From assembly GCA_963675245.1 (NCBI GenBank), contig OY775910.1:1280001-1344000 (forward strand): 64,000 nucleotides of DNA. Direction: 5' to 3'. Below are positions 29,936 to 40,284 of the stretch, one piece after another. The translations under genes were made by a program, and so were the position numbers. The notes beneath the pieces are model-generated. The model was given only the letters and a program-made list of their open reading frames with translations, was not told the origin of the DNA and searched no databases. Each line of letters starts with the position of its first letter. Positions within the stretch are counted from its first letter, which is position 1. The stretch is from Acholeplasmataceae bacterium (GTDB taxonomy: Bacteria; Bacillota_I; Bacilli_A; Acholeplasmatales; Acholeplasmataceae).

Positions 29936-32086
29936 TTGCCTAAAACGATCTTTGTTTCAAACCGCTTACCGGTTACAGTACGCTATAAAAACCGTGAATT
30001 TTCATATCATGAAAGTATTGGTGGACTAGCTACAGGATTAAAAAGAGAACATGAAAAAGAAGGACTTTGGATTGGTTGGTCTGGATTATCAACTGAACGC
30101 ATGAGAAGTCATCAGAAAGAAATTTCCGAAAAATTATTTAATGCGTATCGATGTGTACCCGTGAGTTTGTCTGATAATGATGTCAAACTTTATTATGAAG
30201 GGTTTTCTAATCAAACGATATGGCCGTTATTTCATTACTTTCCAGCACTCACAAAATTTGATAGTAAAATGTGGGCACGATACAAACGTGTTAACATGAA
30301 GTTTTATGATGCACTAAAACCCTTCATTGAACAAGATAGTCTGATTTGGATTCATGATTATCAGCTAATGTTATTACCTGAGCTAGTCAGAAATGATTTT
30401 CCTAATGTTAAAATTGGCTTTTTCTTGCATATACCATTTCCATCTTCGGAAATATTTAGATTACTTATATGGAAGCATTCGATTTTAAAAGGCATCTTAG
30501 GTGCTGATTTAATTGGTTTTCACACATATGATTATGTGCGTCACTTTTTAAGTAGTGTCAGACGGATTTTAAATATTCAACATCATTATTACAATCTGCA
30601 ATATAATGATCGCAACATAGAGGTAGATGCCTATCCTATGGGTATCAATTATGATTACTTTGCAAAAGATAGAAAATTAAAGATAAATAAAGAACCATAT
30701 CGCATTATTTTATCGGTTGATCGATTAGATTATACTAAAGGTATATTAGAGCGTATAAGAGGTTATCAAACTTTCTTGACCAAATACCCAAAGTATAGAA
30801 AACAAGTTAAATTACACTTAATTGTCGCACCTTCTAGACAGAGTTTACCAACCTATGATAAGCTTAGTCGAGATATTGAACAATTGGTATCTCAAGTCAA
30901 TGGTGAATTTGGTTCCTTTGATTGGATGCCAATATGGTATTTATATCAATCATTTGATCAAGATGACTTAATCGAACGATATAAAGCCTCCGATGTATTG
31001 CTTGTAACACCACTTAGAGATGGTATGAATCTAATTGCGAAAGAGTATATTGCAGCTCATACTGACCGTTTAGGTATGCTGATATTATCCGAAACAGCGG
31101 GTGCATCAAGCGAGTTATCAGAAGCAATTATCGTTAATCCAAATGATGATAATCAAATTGCATATAGCATTAAATACGCACTTGAAATGCCAAAAAGTGA
31201 GCAAATGGCTAGAAATGACATTATGCATCAACGTTTAAAACGATATAATGTGACTTTTTGGGCAGCAGCTTTTATTGATCGGTTATCTAAAACACATGAT
31301 GAAGAAAAGAAGCGTAATAAAATTAAACCTTTAGATGAAGATAAATTATTAAATCAATATGCAACAGCAAAAAAACGTTTGATTGTCTTAGATTATGATG
31401 GTACACTCGTTGAGTTTGCTGATAATCCGATGCAAGCATATCCAACGAAACGTGTCCTAAAATTATTAAGTGATTTATCAAAAGAAGAAAAGAATGATGT
31501 TGTTATTATCTCAGGACGAGATCATGATACGCTAGAACAATGGCTAAGCAAATTAAATATTAGTTTAGTAGGTGATCATGGGCTTTGGTATAAACACCCT
31601 AACCAAGAATGGCGTCAAACGATATTAGTCCAAAGTGATTGGAAATCATCTATTATACACATCTTGGAACGTTATGTTGATAGAATGCCTGGATCATTTA
31701 TTGAGGAAAAGAAAAATTCACTTGCATTGCATTATCGCAAAGCAGAACCAGAAATGGTCGCGGTTAAATTACCTGAAATTAAAGATGCACTTTATTCCAT
31801 TAAAGGCACAAATCCGATTGCTATCCAATCTGGAAATATGGTCTTAGAAGTTAAAGATCAGCGTGTTAATAAAGGTATCGCAACCCGTTTATTTGATATC
31901 GATAGTTATGATTTTGTATTTGTAGCTGGCGATGATACGACAGATGAAGATATGTTTACCGCTTTGCCAAATGCCCATCAGTTGAAAGTAGGCTTTGGTG
32001 ATACGGTTGCGCCATCACGCGTTGAATCACCAGATCAATTAAGACATGTTTTATCAACGTTTATCAAGAAAGATAAAGGAGAATAA
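29936..32086 (+). CDS. Bifunctional trehalose-6-phosphate synthase/phosphatase (OtsA-OtsB fusion)
   Basis: GT20 motifs VSNRLP, GGLA, WIHDYQL, HIPFP, VDRLDYTKG, DGMNLIAKEY; HAD motifs LDYDGTL, SGR, NKG, GDDTTDEDMF; TTG start. Confidence 0.95.
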   Translation: MPKTIFVSNRLPVTVRYKNREFSYHESIGGLATGLKREHEKEGLWIGWSGLSTERMRSHQKEISEKLFNAYRCVPVSLSDNDVKLYYEGFSNQTIWPLFHYFPALTKFDSKMWARYKRVNMKFYDALKPFIEQDSLIWIHDYQLMLLPELVRNDFPNVKIGFFLHIPFPSSEIFRLLIWKHSILKGILGADLIGFHTYDYVRHFLSSVRRILNIQHHYYNLQYNDRNIEVDAYPMGINYDYFAKDRKLKINKEPYRIILSVDRLDYTKGILERIRGYQTFLTKYPKYRKQVKLHLIVAPSRQSLPTYDKLSRDIEQLVSQVNGEFGSFDWMPIWYLYQSFDQDDLIERYKASDVLLVTPLRDGMNLIAKEYIAAHTDRLGMLILSETAGASSELSEAIIVNPNDDNQIAYSIKYALEMPKSEQMARNDIMHQRLKRYNVTFWAAAFIDRLSKTHDEEKKRNKIKPLDEDKLLNQYATAKKRLIVLDYDGTLVEFADNPMQAYPTKRVLKLLSDLSKEEKNDVVIISGRDHDTLEQWLSKLNISLVGDHGLWYKHPNQEWRQTILVQSDWKSSIIHILERYVDRMPGSFIEEKKNSLALHYRKAEPEMVAVKLPEIKDALYSIKGTNPIAIQSGNMVLEVKDQRVNKGIATRLFDIDSYDFVFVAGDDTTDEDMFTALPNAHQLKVGFGDTVAPSRVESPDQLRHVLSTFIKKDKGE

Positions 32087-32913
32087 TGATGGCAATATTA
32101 AATGAATTCTATGTATTAGAAAATGGTGTAAAAATCCCTAAATTGGCATTTGGAACGTGGCAAATTCCTAATGGAAAAGTTGCTTATGACGCTGTCAGTG
32201 CAGCATTAAGAAATGGTTATCGGCATATCGATACAGCTGCTGCTTATCGAAATGAAGAAAGTGTTGGGAAAGCAGTTAAAGACTCCGGAATCCCTAGAGA
32301 AGACATCTTTATTACAACCAAATTAGAATCTCATATTAAAGATTACGAAGGTGCTAAAGAAGGATTCTTAAACACTTTAAAAAATTTAGACATGGATTAT
32401 GTCGATCTTTATCTTATCCATGCCCCATGGCCATGGAGTGAAATTGGAAAGAATTGTGATGAAGGTAATGTTCAAGCGTATAAAGCCATGGAAGAATTTT
32501 ATAAAGCTGGTAAGATTCGCGCCATAGGTGTATCAAATTTTTCACCCAGAGATATTGAAAATATCTTGACTCATTGTGATATTAAACCATTTGCAAATCA
32601 AATTTCTTATCATATTGAACATCATCAAGCGGAAACAGATGCTTACTGTAAAGAAAAAAATATCTTAGTAGAAGCTTATTCACCACTTGGTATTGGTAAA
32701 TTATTAACACATCCTGAAATTGTTAAGATGGCTGAAAAATATGGTAAATCACCTGCTCAAATCTGCATTAAGTATGATTTACAACATGACACCCTACCAA
32801 TTCCAAAATCAACACATGAACATCGCATCATCGAAAATGCACAATTAGATGATTTTGAAATCAGTTTAGAAGATATGGATTACTTAGATAAGTTAGATCC
32901 GGATCATCGTTAA
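32086..32913 (+). CDS. Aldo/keto reductase
   Basis: GYRHIDTAAAY.NE, DLYLIHAPWP, IGVSNF, PIPKS. Confidence 0.95.
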   Translation: MMAILNEFYVLENGVKIPKLAFGTWQIPNGKVAYDAVSAALRNGYRHIDTAAAYRNEESVGKAVKDSGIPREDIFITTKLESHIKDYEGAKEGFLNTLKNLDMDYVDLYLIHAPWPWSEIGKNCDEGNVQAYKAMEEFYKAGKIRAIGVSNFSPRDIENILTHCDIKPFANQISYHIEHHQAETDAYCKEKNILVEAYSPLGIGKLLTHPEIVKMAEKYGKSPAQICIKYDLQHDTLPIPKSTHEHRIIENAQLDDFEISLEDMDYLDKLDPDHR

Positions 32914-32940
32914 TTTGAGTTACATCATGAAATAAGTCAT

Positions 32941-32967
32941 AAAAAAAAGGAGAATAACTCTCCTTTT
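32941..32967. terminator. Bidirectional intrinsic terminator
   Basis: AAAAGGAGA-ATAAC-TCTCCTTTT between convergent genes. Confidence 0.8.
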
Positions 32968-33343
32968 ATTTTTTCATTATTTTTTGACAATCACTACAAT
33001 AACCATAAAGTGTCATGTCATGATGTGTAATTTCGAAACCATGTCTTTCTGCAACTTCCTCATTAAAATGACCTAGATGACAATCAATTGGAACCATTTT
33101 ATGGCAATTTAAACAAATCATATAATGGTGGTGCTCTTTTTTGTTGTAGTAATAATAACTGGTTTGATCAATGGTTGATTTTGAAATTAGACCAGCATCA
33201 TAAAAGGCTTCTAATGTACGATAGACGGTTGACAAGTTGATTGTATGATCGGATAAATTGGCCATAATCATATCTGCACTTTGTGGCTTTTCAGCCGATT
33301 TAAAAATATTTAAAATGGCAGTTCTTTGTTTAGTCATACGCAT
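32966..33343 (-). CDS. zur: Fur-family regulator, probably Zur
   Basis: TKQR..IL, STVYRTL, HHHYMICLNC, YGYCSDC; last gene of the metal ABC operon. Confidence 0.85.
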   Translation of the reverse strand: MRMTKQRTAILNIFKSAEKPQSADMIMANLSDHTINLSTVYRTLEAFYDAGLISKSTIDQTSYYYYNKKEHHHYMICLNCHKMVPIDCHLGHFNEEVAERHGFEITHHDMTLYGYCSDCQKIMKK

Positions 33344-33346
33344 AAT

Positions 33347-34156
33347 TTAAACCCTCCTCTTGACATTTTTCACTAGAATCGATATGAGCAATACAACTGC
33401 ATCAATCACGACAATGGTCGAACCAACTGGAATTTGCAGTGGGTGTGCTAAGAAGATGCCGACGATGGTAATTGCAAATGATACGATAATACCTGTTATT
33501 AGTGTCATTTTAAAACTCTTTGTGAATTGACTTGCAATGATTGAAGGGAATATCACAAAAGCAGAAATGAGAAGTATACCTATCATTCTGACACCTACAA
33601 CTATAAAGAATGCGGTTAATGCAGAAAGCACATATCCAAGCACTCTAACCTTAACGTTTGAGAATTTCGCATAATCGAAATCATAAGTCATCAGAAATAA
33701 TTTCCGATAAGTTAATAATATGAAAAATAGGATTAAAATCGCTGTGATAATTGATAAGATTAAATCAGCTGAAGACACGGTAAAGATATTACCAACAAGC
33801 ATTGATTCGACCGAGACATTAAATCCTGCGCCTTTTTTAATAATGATCAGACCAATTGCAAATGAGACAGCAGCAACCAACCCAATGGCTGCATCTCCAT
33901 TCATATGATTGTTTGCAGCTAAATACTTGATTAATAAAGAAACGACGATAACAAATGGCACAGCTATCCATAATGGCTGACTGAACAGAAGAATTCCCAA
34001 TGCTAATCCTGCAAAACTAACATGTGCCAAACCATCAGCAATCATCGCTTGTTGATTTAGAACTAAGAAAGGACTAAGTAGTGCAGCTGATAAGGCAAGT
34101 GTGATACCGATAATCAGCGCACGTTGGATAAAATCATATGAAAGTAGTTCAAGCAT
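33347..34156 (-). CDS. znuB: Zn/Mn ABC transporter permease
   Basis: ADGLAHVSFAG, GILLISA motifs; start moved to ATG 34156 (MLELLSYDFIQRA). Confidence 0.9.
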   Translation of the reverse strand: MLELLSYDFIQRALIIGITLALSAALLSPFLVLNQQAMIADGLAHVSFAGLALGILLFSQPLWIAVPFVIVVSLLIKYLAANNHMNGDAAIGLVAAVSFAIGLIIIKKGAGFNVSVESMLVGNIFTVSSADLILSIITAILILFFILLTYRKLFLMTYDFDYAKFSNVKVRVLGYVLSALTAFFIVVGVRMIGILLISAFVIFPSIIASQFTKSFKMTLITGIIVSFAITIVGIFLAHPLQIPVGSTIVVIDAVVLLISILVKNVKRRV

Positions 34157-34817
34157 GATGGTGACCCTCGTGTTCAAATTCATGGAAAGATTGATATGAT
34201 CCAAAATATTTAACGGTTTGGTCGACATACATCACACATGCGTCTTCCTTAATCGCATCTGTCAAGTCATGGGTGACATTGACAATCGTCATATTATTTT
34301 CATGTTGAATCTCTTTTAATAATTGATAGAACTTCTCTCTAAAGGATGGATCAAGAGCAGAAGTAGGTTCATCTAATATCAGCAAATCAGGTTCACCGAT
34401 TAACGCGCGAATTAAATAGACACGTTGCTGTTGACCACCTGAGAGGAAGATCATACTTTCATCAAATAGATCAGGAATACCCATTCTTTTTAACCAAAAT
34501 TTTATGAGTTCACATTCTTTTTTTGTAGCTTTAAGTCTTTGATGTGGAAATCCTGAATAAATCACCTCTTTAACAGTGATTGGTAATTGATTTCTTTGAC
34601 CAAGTTTTTGAGGTAAATAACCCATTTTTTTTGCATTGATATCAATTACACCAGATGTGGGCTTTAATAAACCGACGAGTGTTCTAACTAGTGTAGTTTT
34701 ACCACTCCCATTAGGACCAACAATATGCAAAAAAGAACCAGATTGAACGGTGAAATTAACATCTTTTAGTGCAGTGTATTTGCCAAAGTTAACACCAACA
34801 TGTTGATAAGTTATCAT
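34149..34817 (-). CDS. znuC: Zn/Mn ABC transporter ATPase
   Basis: GPNGSGKT, LSGGQQQR, ILDEP; His-rich tail. Confidence 0.92.
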   Translation of the reverse strand: MITYQHVGVNFGKYTALKDVNFTVQSGSFLHIVGPNGSGKTTLVRTLVGLLKPTSGVIDINAKKMGYLPQKLGQRNQLPITVKEVIYSGFPHQRLKATKKECELIKFWLKRMGIPDLFDESMIFLSGGQQQRVYLIRALIGEPDLLILDEPTSALDPSFREKFYQLLKEIQHENNMTIVNVTHDLTDAIKEDACVMYVDQTVKYFGSYQSFHEFEHEGHHHA

Positions 34818-34821
34818 AAGA

Positions 34822-35751
34822 TCATTCTCCTAGAGCAGTTTTAATATGCTCGAAATTTCTATTCATTAAATCGACGTAAGTGACATGATTGTCCCAATCT
34901 TCTTGTGATAGATTGTGATATGAATGTAATTCTAATAACGATAAATTGTAACCTTGATTAGTCAATGTTTCTTGTATAGCTAAGGCAGCAACCGGTTGTT
35001 CCAAAGCTTCAATAAATAGATAATGTGTACCTGATGATTGGACTTCATTTGAGAATGTTATACGTTCATTTGACGTAAGTACATCATCTGGTTTAAATTC
35101 TGAAAACAACGATTCAATCGTTAATCCATAGCGATTGCCAAATGGTGACATGGCATTATGCCCTGCAAAATAAATAGTTTTATTTTGGTGATTAAATTCA
35201 TCGAAATAGGATAGTATGCTTAAGTGAGTTGTCATGATCTCATCATAATACGCATCTTTATTAGCTATATAGTATGTTTCATTATAGGGATCTATTTGAA
35301 TTATAAAGTCTAAAATATAATCTAGCATATCTAGTGCAGCAAGTGGATCAACCCAATAATGAATATCTTCAGAATGTGTGTGTTCATCAGATATGATTGA
35401 AACTTCATCATCATGTTTCACAGCCTCTGACATATTAACAACAATTGTGTCTTTACCACCGATATCATCTGGATTTGATATCCATGTATCGATTTCATTA
35501 CTTGTATATAAAAATAATCTCGCATTTTCAATATGTACCATATCGACGCTAGTCGCTTCAAAACTATGGATATCTTGACCGAGAGGCACAAGCAGATTGA
35601 CCGTTAATTTATCACCTGCGATATGTGATGCTAAGTCATAATGGGTAAACATAGTAGTGACAATATCTGGCTGTACATTCAATCCCGTACAAGAAACCAA
35701 AAAGATTAAAATAATGAATGATGTTAACGAGATAAAAACTTTTTTCATCAT
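34822..35751 (-). CDS. znuA: Zn/Mn ABC transporter substrate-binding lipoprotein
   Basis: Lipobox-like LVSC, DIHSFE, EHTHSEDIHYW, GHNA; start ATG 35751 after AAGGAG. Confidence 0.9.
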   Translation of the reverse strand: MMKKVFISLTSFIILIFLVSCTGLNVQPDIVTTMFTHYDLASHIAGDKLTVNLLVPLGQDIHSFEATSVDMVHIENARLFLYTSNEIDTWISNPDDIGGKDTIVVNMSEAVKHDDEVSIISDEHTHSEDIHYWVDPLAALDMLDYILDFIIQIDPYNETYYIANKDAYYDEIMTTHLSILSYFDEFNHQNKTIYFAGHNAMSPFGNRYGLTIESLFSEFKPDDVLTSNERITFSNEVQSSGTHYLFIEALEQPVAALAIQETLTNQGYNLSLLELHSYHNLSQEDWDNHVTYVDLMNRNFEHIKTALGE

Positions 35752-35761
35752 ATACTCCTTA

Positions 35762-35821
35762 TTGCAAATGATTCGCATTTATAGTGTATCATAAAAAGTG
35801 CTATTTGCAAATGATTCGCAA
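35762..35821. promoter_or_regulatory. Two tandem Fur-family (Zur-like) operator palindromes
   Basis: TTGCAAATGATTCGCA at 35762-35777 and 35805-35820 (7-1-7 imperfect palindrome) upstream of znuA. Confidence 0.8.
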
Positions 35822-35896
35822 TATATTTGTTCTAAAAATATAATTAAAATAAATTGTCTTTTAAATGAAGTAATGATATAATATTGATGTCAACGT

Positions 35897-35925
35897 TGAG
35901 TGGGAAGCAAATTTCCACTCACTTT
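35897..35925 (+). promoter_or_regulatory. rimP leader hairpin
   Basis: TGAGTGGGAA-GCAAA-TTTCCACTCA followed by CTTTT, resembling the GAGTGGG/CCCACTC leader of Bacillota rimP-nusA operons. Confidence 0.65.
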
Positions 35926-35939
35926 TATTGAGGGAAGAT

Positions 35940-36380
35940 ATGAACTTAAAAATTTTAAAACAAAAATTAAAGCCAATTCTAAAACCTTATGGGTTAGACA
36001 TTTATAGCATACGCTTGAAAAAGGAATTTGATGAAAAAGTAGTCGAAATATTGATTGATACAGATACGATTGATGTTTTGGAACTTGAAACCATCCATCG
36101 CAAGTATCTAGAATCATTAGATGATGATGACTTAGATGATGACTGTTATTTAGAGCTCTCATCTTTAGGCTTAGAACGACCAATTGAAACACTTGATGAT
36201 GTTAAAAAAGCCGTTGGTTCTTATGTCTATGTTGAACTACCTAAATATCATGGTAATGCCACTGTAATCTCACTTGATGGTGATATAATGAAATTAGAAA
36301 TTAACGATAAAGGACGTTTACGCAAAATTGATGCCAAATGGGATCAAGCTCACAATATGAGATATGCGGTAAAGGTTTAG
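35940..36380 (+). CDS. rimP: Ribosome maturation factor RimP
   Basis: YLELSSLGLERP; first gene of the nusA operon; ATG 35940. Confidence 0.93.
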   Translation: MNLKILKQKLKPILKPYGLDIYSIRLKKEFDEKVVEILIDTDTIDVLELETIHRKYLESLDDDDLDDDCYLELSSLGLERPIETLDDVKKAVGSYVYVELPKYHGNATVISLDGDIMKLEINDKGRLRKIDAKWDQAHNMRYAVKV

Positions 36381-36389
36381 GAGGAAGAC

Positions 36390-37460
36390 ATGATTAGTAA
36401 AGAATTTTATAGAAACATTGAGGAAGTTGTTGAAGAAAGAGGACTTACAAGAGAACAGGTTCTTGATGCGTTTCAACAGGGCTTAATCGCAGGATGTAAA
36501 AAAGCGCATGATGTTCGTTCTTGTCGTGTCGAATTCAAAGAAGACAAAAATGAAATCTTAGTTTATAAACAACAGTTGGTTGTTGATGAATATAGCATGG
36601 AAGCTGATAAGAATTTCACACAAATTCTATTGCCAGATGCGAAAGAGATTAATGCACGTTCTAAAGTCGGTGATGTACTCGAACAAAAGATTGATCCAAA
36701 AGATTTCTCTTATTATGCTGTGAGAGATTTCAAGAGCAGATTGAATGAAGCATTAGTTGATTATCAAAAGAAGAATTTATATCAACACTTCAAATCGCTT
36801 GAACACGAAATGATTAACGCCCGTGTCATTGATATTGATGAATCACATTTCAGACTAGACATTGGTAAAGATTTAACAACACTTTTACCTAAAAAAGAAG
36901 CGTTGCCTAAAGATAATTTCCATGTTGGTGATCATGTTAGAGTATATGTGACAGATGTTGAAATGAAGACGAAATGGCCAAAAGTATTTGTTAGTCGTAT
37001 CCACCCATCATTGATTATTCGTCTACTCGAACTTTACATTCCTGAAATCAAAGAAGGAAAAATTGAAGTTATGGGGATTTCAAGAGATCCAGGAGATCGT
37101 TCTAAAGTAGGAGTCAGATCAAATGTAGAATCAATTGATCCTATTGGCGCATGTGTTGGTGAAAAAGGTTCAAGAATTCGCGAAATCGTCAACGCATTAA
37201 GCGGGGAAAAAATTGATTTATTCCGTTGGGCAGATAACGAGAAGGATTTAATTACAAATGCCCTTCAACCAGCTAAAGTAGAAGCTGTTACACACGTTAA
37301 TCCAAAAGAAAAGAGTGCATTAGCAATCGTGCCAGATGATCATTTATCACTTGCAATTGGTAAGTTAGGACAAAATGTTAAACTTGCTGTTCAAGCATGT
37401 GGATGGTCCATTGATATTAAATCAGTGACGATGGCACAAGGTGAAGGTATTATCTTTTAG
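36390..37460 (+). CDS. nusA: Transcription factor NusA
   Basis: S1 and KH domains; PIGACVG.KGSR, LSLAIGK.GQN. Confidence 0.97.
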   Translation: MISKEFYRNIEEVVEERGLTREQVLDAFQQGLIAGCKKAHDVRSCRVEFKEDKNEILVYKQQLVVDEYSMEADKNFTQILLPDAKEINARSKVGDVLEQKIDPKDFSYYAVRDFKSRLNEALVDYQKKNLYQHFKSLEHEMINARVIDIDESHFRLDIGKDLTTLLPKKEALPKDNFHVGDHVRVYVTDVEMKTKWPKVFVSRIHPSLIIRLLELYIPEIKEGKIEVMGISRDPGDRSKVGVRSNVESIDPIGACVGEKGSRIREIVNALSGEKIDLFRWADNEKDLITNALQPAKVEAVTHVNPKEKSALAIVPDDHLSLAIGKLGQNVKLAVQACGWSIDIKSVTMAQGEGIIF

Positions 37461-37471
37461 AAGGTGATTTT

Positions 37472-37735
37472 ATGAAAATAAAGAAAGTACCAATGCGAAC
37501 ATGTGTCGTGACACGTGAGGTTTATCCGAAAAAAGAGTTAATTAGAATAGCAGCAAACAAAGAAGGTTTTGTCTCTGTTGATTTAACGGGTAAAGCACAC
37601 GGTAGAGGTGCTTATCTCAAACTCAGTAAAGACGTCATTTTGCTTGCGAAAAAGAATAAAGCATTAGATAAAAAATTAGAAGTAGTTGTACCAGATTATA
37701 TTTATGATGAACTATTAGGGCTCGTCAATGACTAG
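37472..37735 (+). CDS. ylxR: YlxR/RnpM family protein
   Basis: PMRTCVVTRE..PKKELIRI, GRGAY. Confidence 0.93.
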   Translation: MKIKKVPMRTCVVTREVYPKKELIRIAANKEGFVSVDLTGKAHGRGAYLKLSKDVILLAKKNKALDKKLEVVVPDYIYDELLGLVND

Positions 37736-38006
37736 AAATCTTGGTCTTGCTTATCGTGCGAGAAAAATCGTGATAGGCACTGAAATGACAATTGAATCTG
37801 TTCGTAAAAATGACGTTTATCTTGTGCTAGTAGCGCATGATGCATCAGAATTAACGAAGAAAAAGATTCTTGATAAGGCAAGTTTTTACAATGTAGAAGT
37901 TAGCCAAGCATTGTCATCACAACAGCTTTCTGACGCCATCGGTAAACGAGGCGTCAAAGTGGTTGGCATAACCGACAGGGGGTTTAGCCGATTGCTGAGT
38001 CAATAA
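37728..38006 (+). CDS. ylxQ: L7Ae-family RNA-binding protein YlxQ
   Basis: LGLAYRA, DAS..TKK, LSDAIGK, ITDRGF; synteny. Confidence 0.9.
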   Translation: MTRNLGLAYRARKIVIGTEMTIESVRKNDVYLVLVAHDASELTKKKILDKASFYNVEVSQALSSQQLSDAIGKRGVKVVGITDRGFSRLLSQ

Positions 38007-38022
38007 AGAAGGAAGTGATTAT

Positions 38023-39867
38023 ATGCCTGCAAACAATAGGAATTATAAGAAAAAAGGCAGCAATAACAAAAACAATTCAAACCAAAGGCAAACTACACCT
38101 AAAAAACCAGTTGTAGTCAAAGAAAAAATACTTATTGTCAAACCTGATATGAGTGTTGCAGACGTTGCTGAAGGTATGGGTGTTTCAAATGCTGTTATTA
38201 TTAAAAAGTTAATGGGATTAGGTATGATGACCTCCATTAACCAAGTCATCGACCGTGATACAATCGAGCTGATTGCACTTGAGGATGGCTATAAAGTTGA
38301 AGATGAAGTCATTACAGATGTGACACGTTATGATGAAATGGAAATTTCAGATGATCCTAAAGATATGACAGGTCGTCCACCGATTGTCACCATCATGGGT
38401 CATGTTGACCATGGTAAAACAACTTTATTAGATACGATTCGTAAATCGAGAGTCGTAGAAGGCGAAGCAGGTGGTATCACACAACACATTGGTGCATACC
38501 AAGTTAAACGTGAAGGTGGCGCAATTACATTTATTGACACACCAGGGCATGCTGCATTTACTGAAATGCGTGCACGTGGTGCAAAAGTAACGGATATTGT
38601 TGTTTTAGTCGTTGCAGCTGATGATGGCGTTATGCCACAAACAATTGAAGCGATTGATCATGCGAAGGCAGCTAACGTACCAATTGTTGTTGCAGTTAAT
38701 AAGATTGATCGTATTCAAGCAAATCCAGAAAAAGTAATGACAGAATTATCAGAAAAAGGATTAGTCCCTGAAGACTGGGGTGGCGATACGCCATTTGTTA
38801 AGGTCTCAGCATTAAAAGGCACAGGTATTGATGAACTTTTAGATGTTCTTCAACTGATTAGTGAAATACATGAATATAAAGCAAATCCAAATCGACTTGC
38901 AAGAGGTACTGTTATTGAAGCAAGTCTTGATAAAGGTCGCGGACCAGTTGCAACTTTAATTGTTGAAACAGGTACATTACATGCAGGTGATTATATCGTT
39001 ATCGGTAATACATATGGTAAAATCCGTACGATGAATGATGACTTAAAACGCCGCTTTAAAAAAGCAGGACCTTCAACACCGGTAGAAGTAACTGGTTTAA
39101 ATGAAGTCCCTGAAGCGGGTGATATTTTCATGGCATTTGATGACGAAAAAGTAACGAGATCAATTGCATCTGATCGTCAGTCAAGAGCAAAAGATTCAGA
39201 AATTAGATCACGCAGTAAACAATCACTTGATAAGTTATTTGGCGATTTAGAACAAGCTGAAAAAGAACTCAATATTATCATCAAAGGTGATGTTCAAGGA
39301 TCGATTGAAGCATTAAAGGGATTATTAGAGAAGATTGATATTGATGGATTCCATGTCAATGTCGTTCGATCTTCAGTTGGTGCAATTTCAGAAAATGATG
39401 TTACATTAGCATCAGCATCAAACGCGATTATTTTAGGATTTAATGTCAGACCGATGGCCGCAGTTAAAAAGATTGCGGATCAAGAAGGTGTTGAAATTAG
39501 ACTTTATAGTATTATTTATCGTATTCAAGAAGACATTGAAGCAGCCCTTAAAGGGATGTTGGAACCTGAACTTGAAGAGTATGTCATTGGACAAGCCGAG
39601 GTACGTGACACATTTAAAGTTTCTAAAATCGGCACAATTGCAGGTTGTTATGTCACTGATGGTGTGATTAGAAGAGACTCACTTGTCCGCCTACTTCGTG
39701 AAGGTATCGTCGTTTATGAAGGTAAATTAGCTTCACTTAAACGTTTTAAAGATGACGCCAAAGAAGTTAGAACGGGTTTTGAATGTGGACTCTCAATCGA
39801 AAATTATAACGATATCAAAGTTGGTGATGTCATTGAAGCATCACAAATGCGAGAAATTGAGGTGTAA
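38023..39867 (+). CDS. infB: Translation initiation factor IF-2
   Basis: [24 protein letters not shown]. Confidence 0.98.
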   Translation: MPANNRNYKKKGSNNKNNSNQRQTTPKKPVVVKEKILIVKPDMSVADVAEGMGVSNAVIIKKLMGLGMMTSINQVIDRDTIELIALEDGYKVEDEVITDVTRYDEMEISDDPKDMTGRPPIVTIMGHVDHGKTTLLDTIRKSRVVEGEAGGITQHIGAYQVKREGGAITFIDTPGHAAFTEMRARGAKVTDIVVLVVAADDGVMPQTIEAIDHAKAANVPIVVAVNKIDRIQANPEKVMTELSEKGLVPEDWGGDTPFVKVSALKGTGIDELLDVLQLISEIHEYKANPNRLARGTVIEASLDKGRGPVATLIVETGTLHAGDYIVIGNTYGKIRTMNDDLKRRFKKAGPSTPVEVTGLNEVPEAGDIFMAFDDEKVTRSIASDRQSRAKDSEIRSRSKQSLDKLFGDLEQAEKELNIIIKGDVQGSIEALKGLLEKIDIDGFHVNVVRSSVGAISENDVTLASASNAIILGFNVRPMAAVKKIADQEGVEIRLYSIIYRIQEDIEAALKGMLEPELEEYVIGQAEVRDTFKVSKIGTIAGCYVTDGVIRRDSLVRLLREGIVVYEGKLASLKRFKDDAKEVRTGFECGLSIENYNDIKVGDVIEASQMREIEV

Positions 39868-39870
39868 AAC

Positions 39871-40212
39871 ATGTCAATAACAACAGAAAGACTCGCTAGT
39901 TTAATTCAAAGAGAACTAGCATCAATTGTCAATCAAGAAGTGAAAGACAAAAGTTTTGGTTACATTAATTTAACTGAAGTTAAAGTAACAAAAGATTTAT
40001 CATTTGCTACCATTTATTACACAATACTAGATGATAAAGAAGGCGTTGTAGAACGTGCTAATAAAGCATTGGATGAAGCGAACGCATCAATTCGTATGAT
40101 GCTTGCAAAACAAATCAAGCATGTTAGAAAAATTCCTGAATTAATTTTTAAGTTTGATGAGGCACTAGCTTATGGTAACCACATCGATCAAATTCTTAAA
40201 ACATTGAAGTAA
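39871..40212 (+). CDS. rbfA: Ribosome-binding factor A
   Basis: TEVKVTKDLSFA, RKIPELIFKFD; follows infB. Confidence 0.95.
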   Translation: MSITTERLASLIQRELASIVNQEVKDKSFGYINLTEVKVTKDLSFATIYYTILDDKEGVVERANKALDEANASIRMMLAKQIKHVRKIPELIFKFDEALAYGNHIDQILKTLK

Positions 40213-40229
40213 CCATTGGTTACTTTTTT
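40207..40229 (+). terminator. Intrinsic terminator after rbfA
   Basis: AAGTAACC-ATT-GGTTACTTTTTT. Confidence 0.8.
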
Positions 40230-40284
40230 GTTATTTGGCTGTAAAGAGGTTGTTATCTAGGGTATAATATAAAGTGGTGATGAT

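Noticed and set aside
38023..39867. Short IF-2 (614 aa) as a possible truncation
   Set aside because: Only the variable N-terminal region is shortened; the G domain and C-terminal domains are intact.
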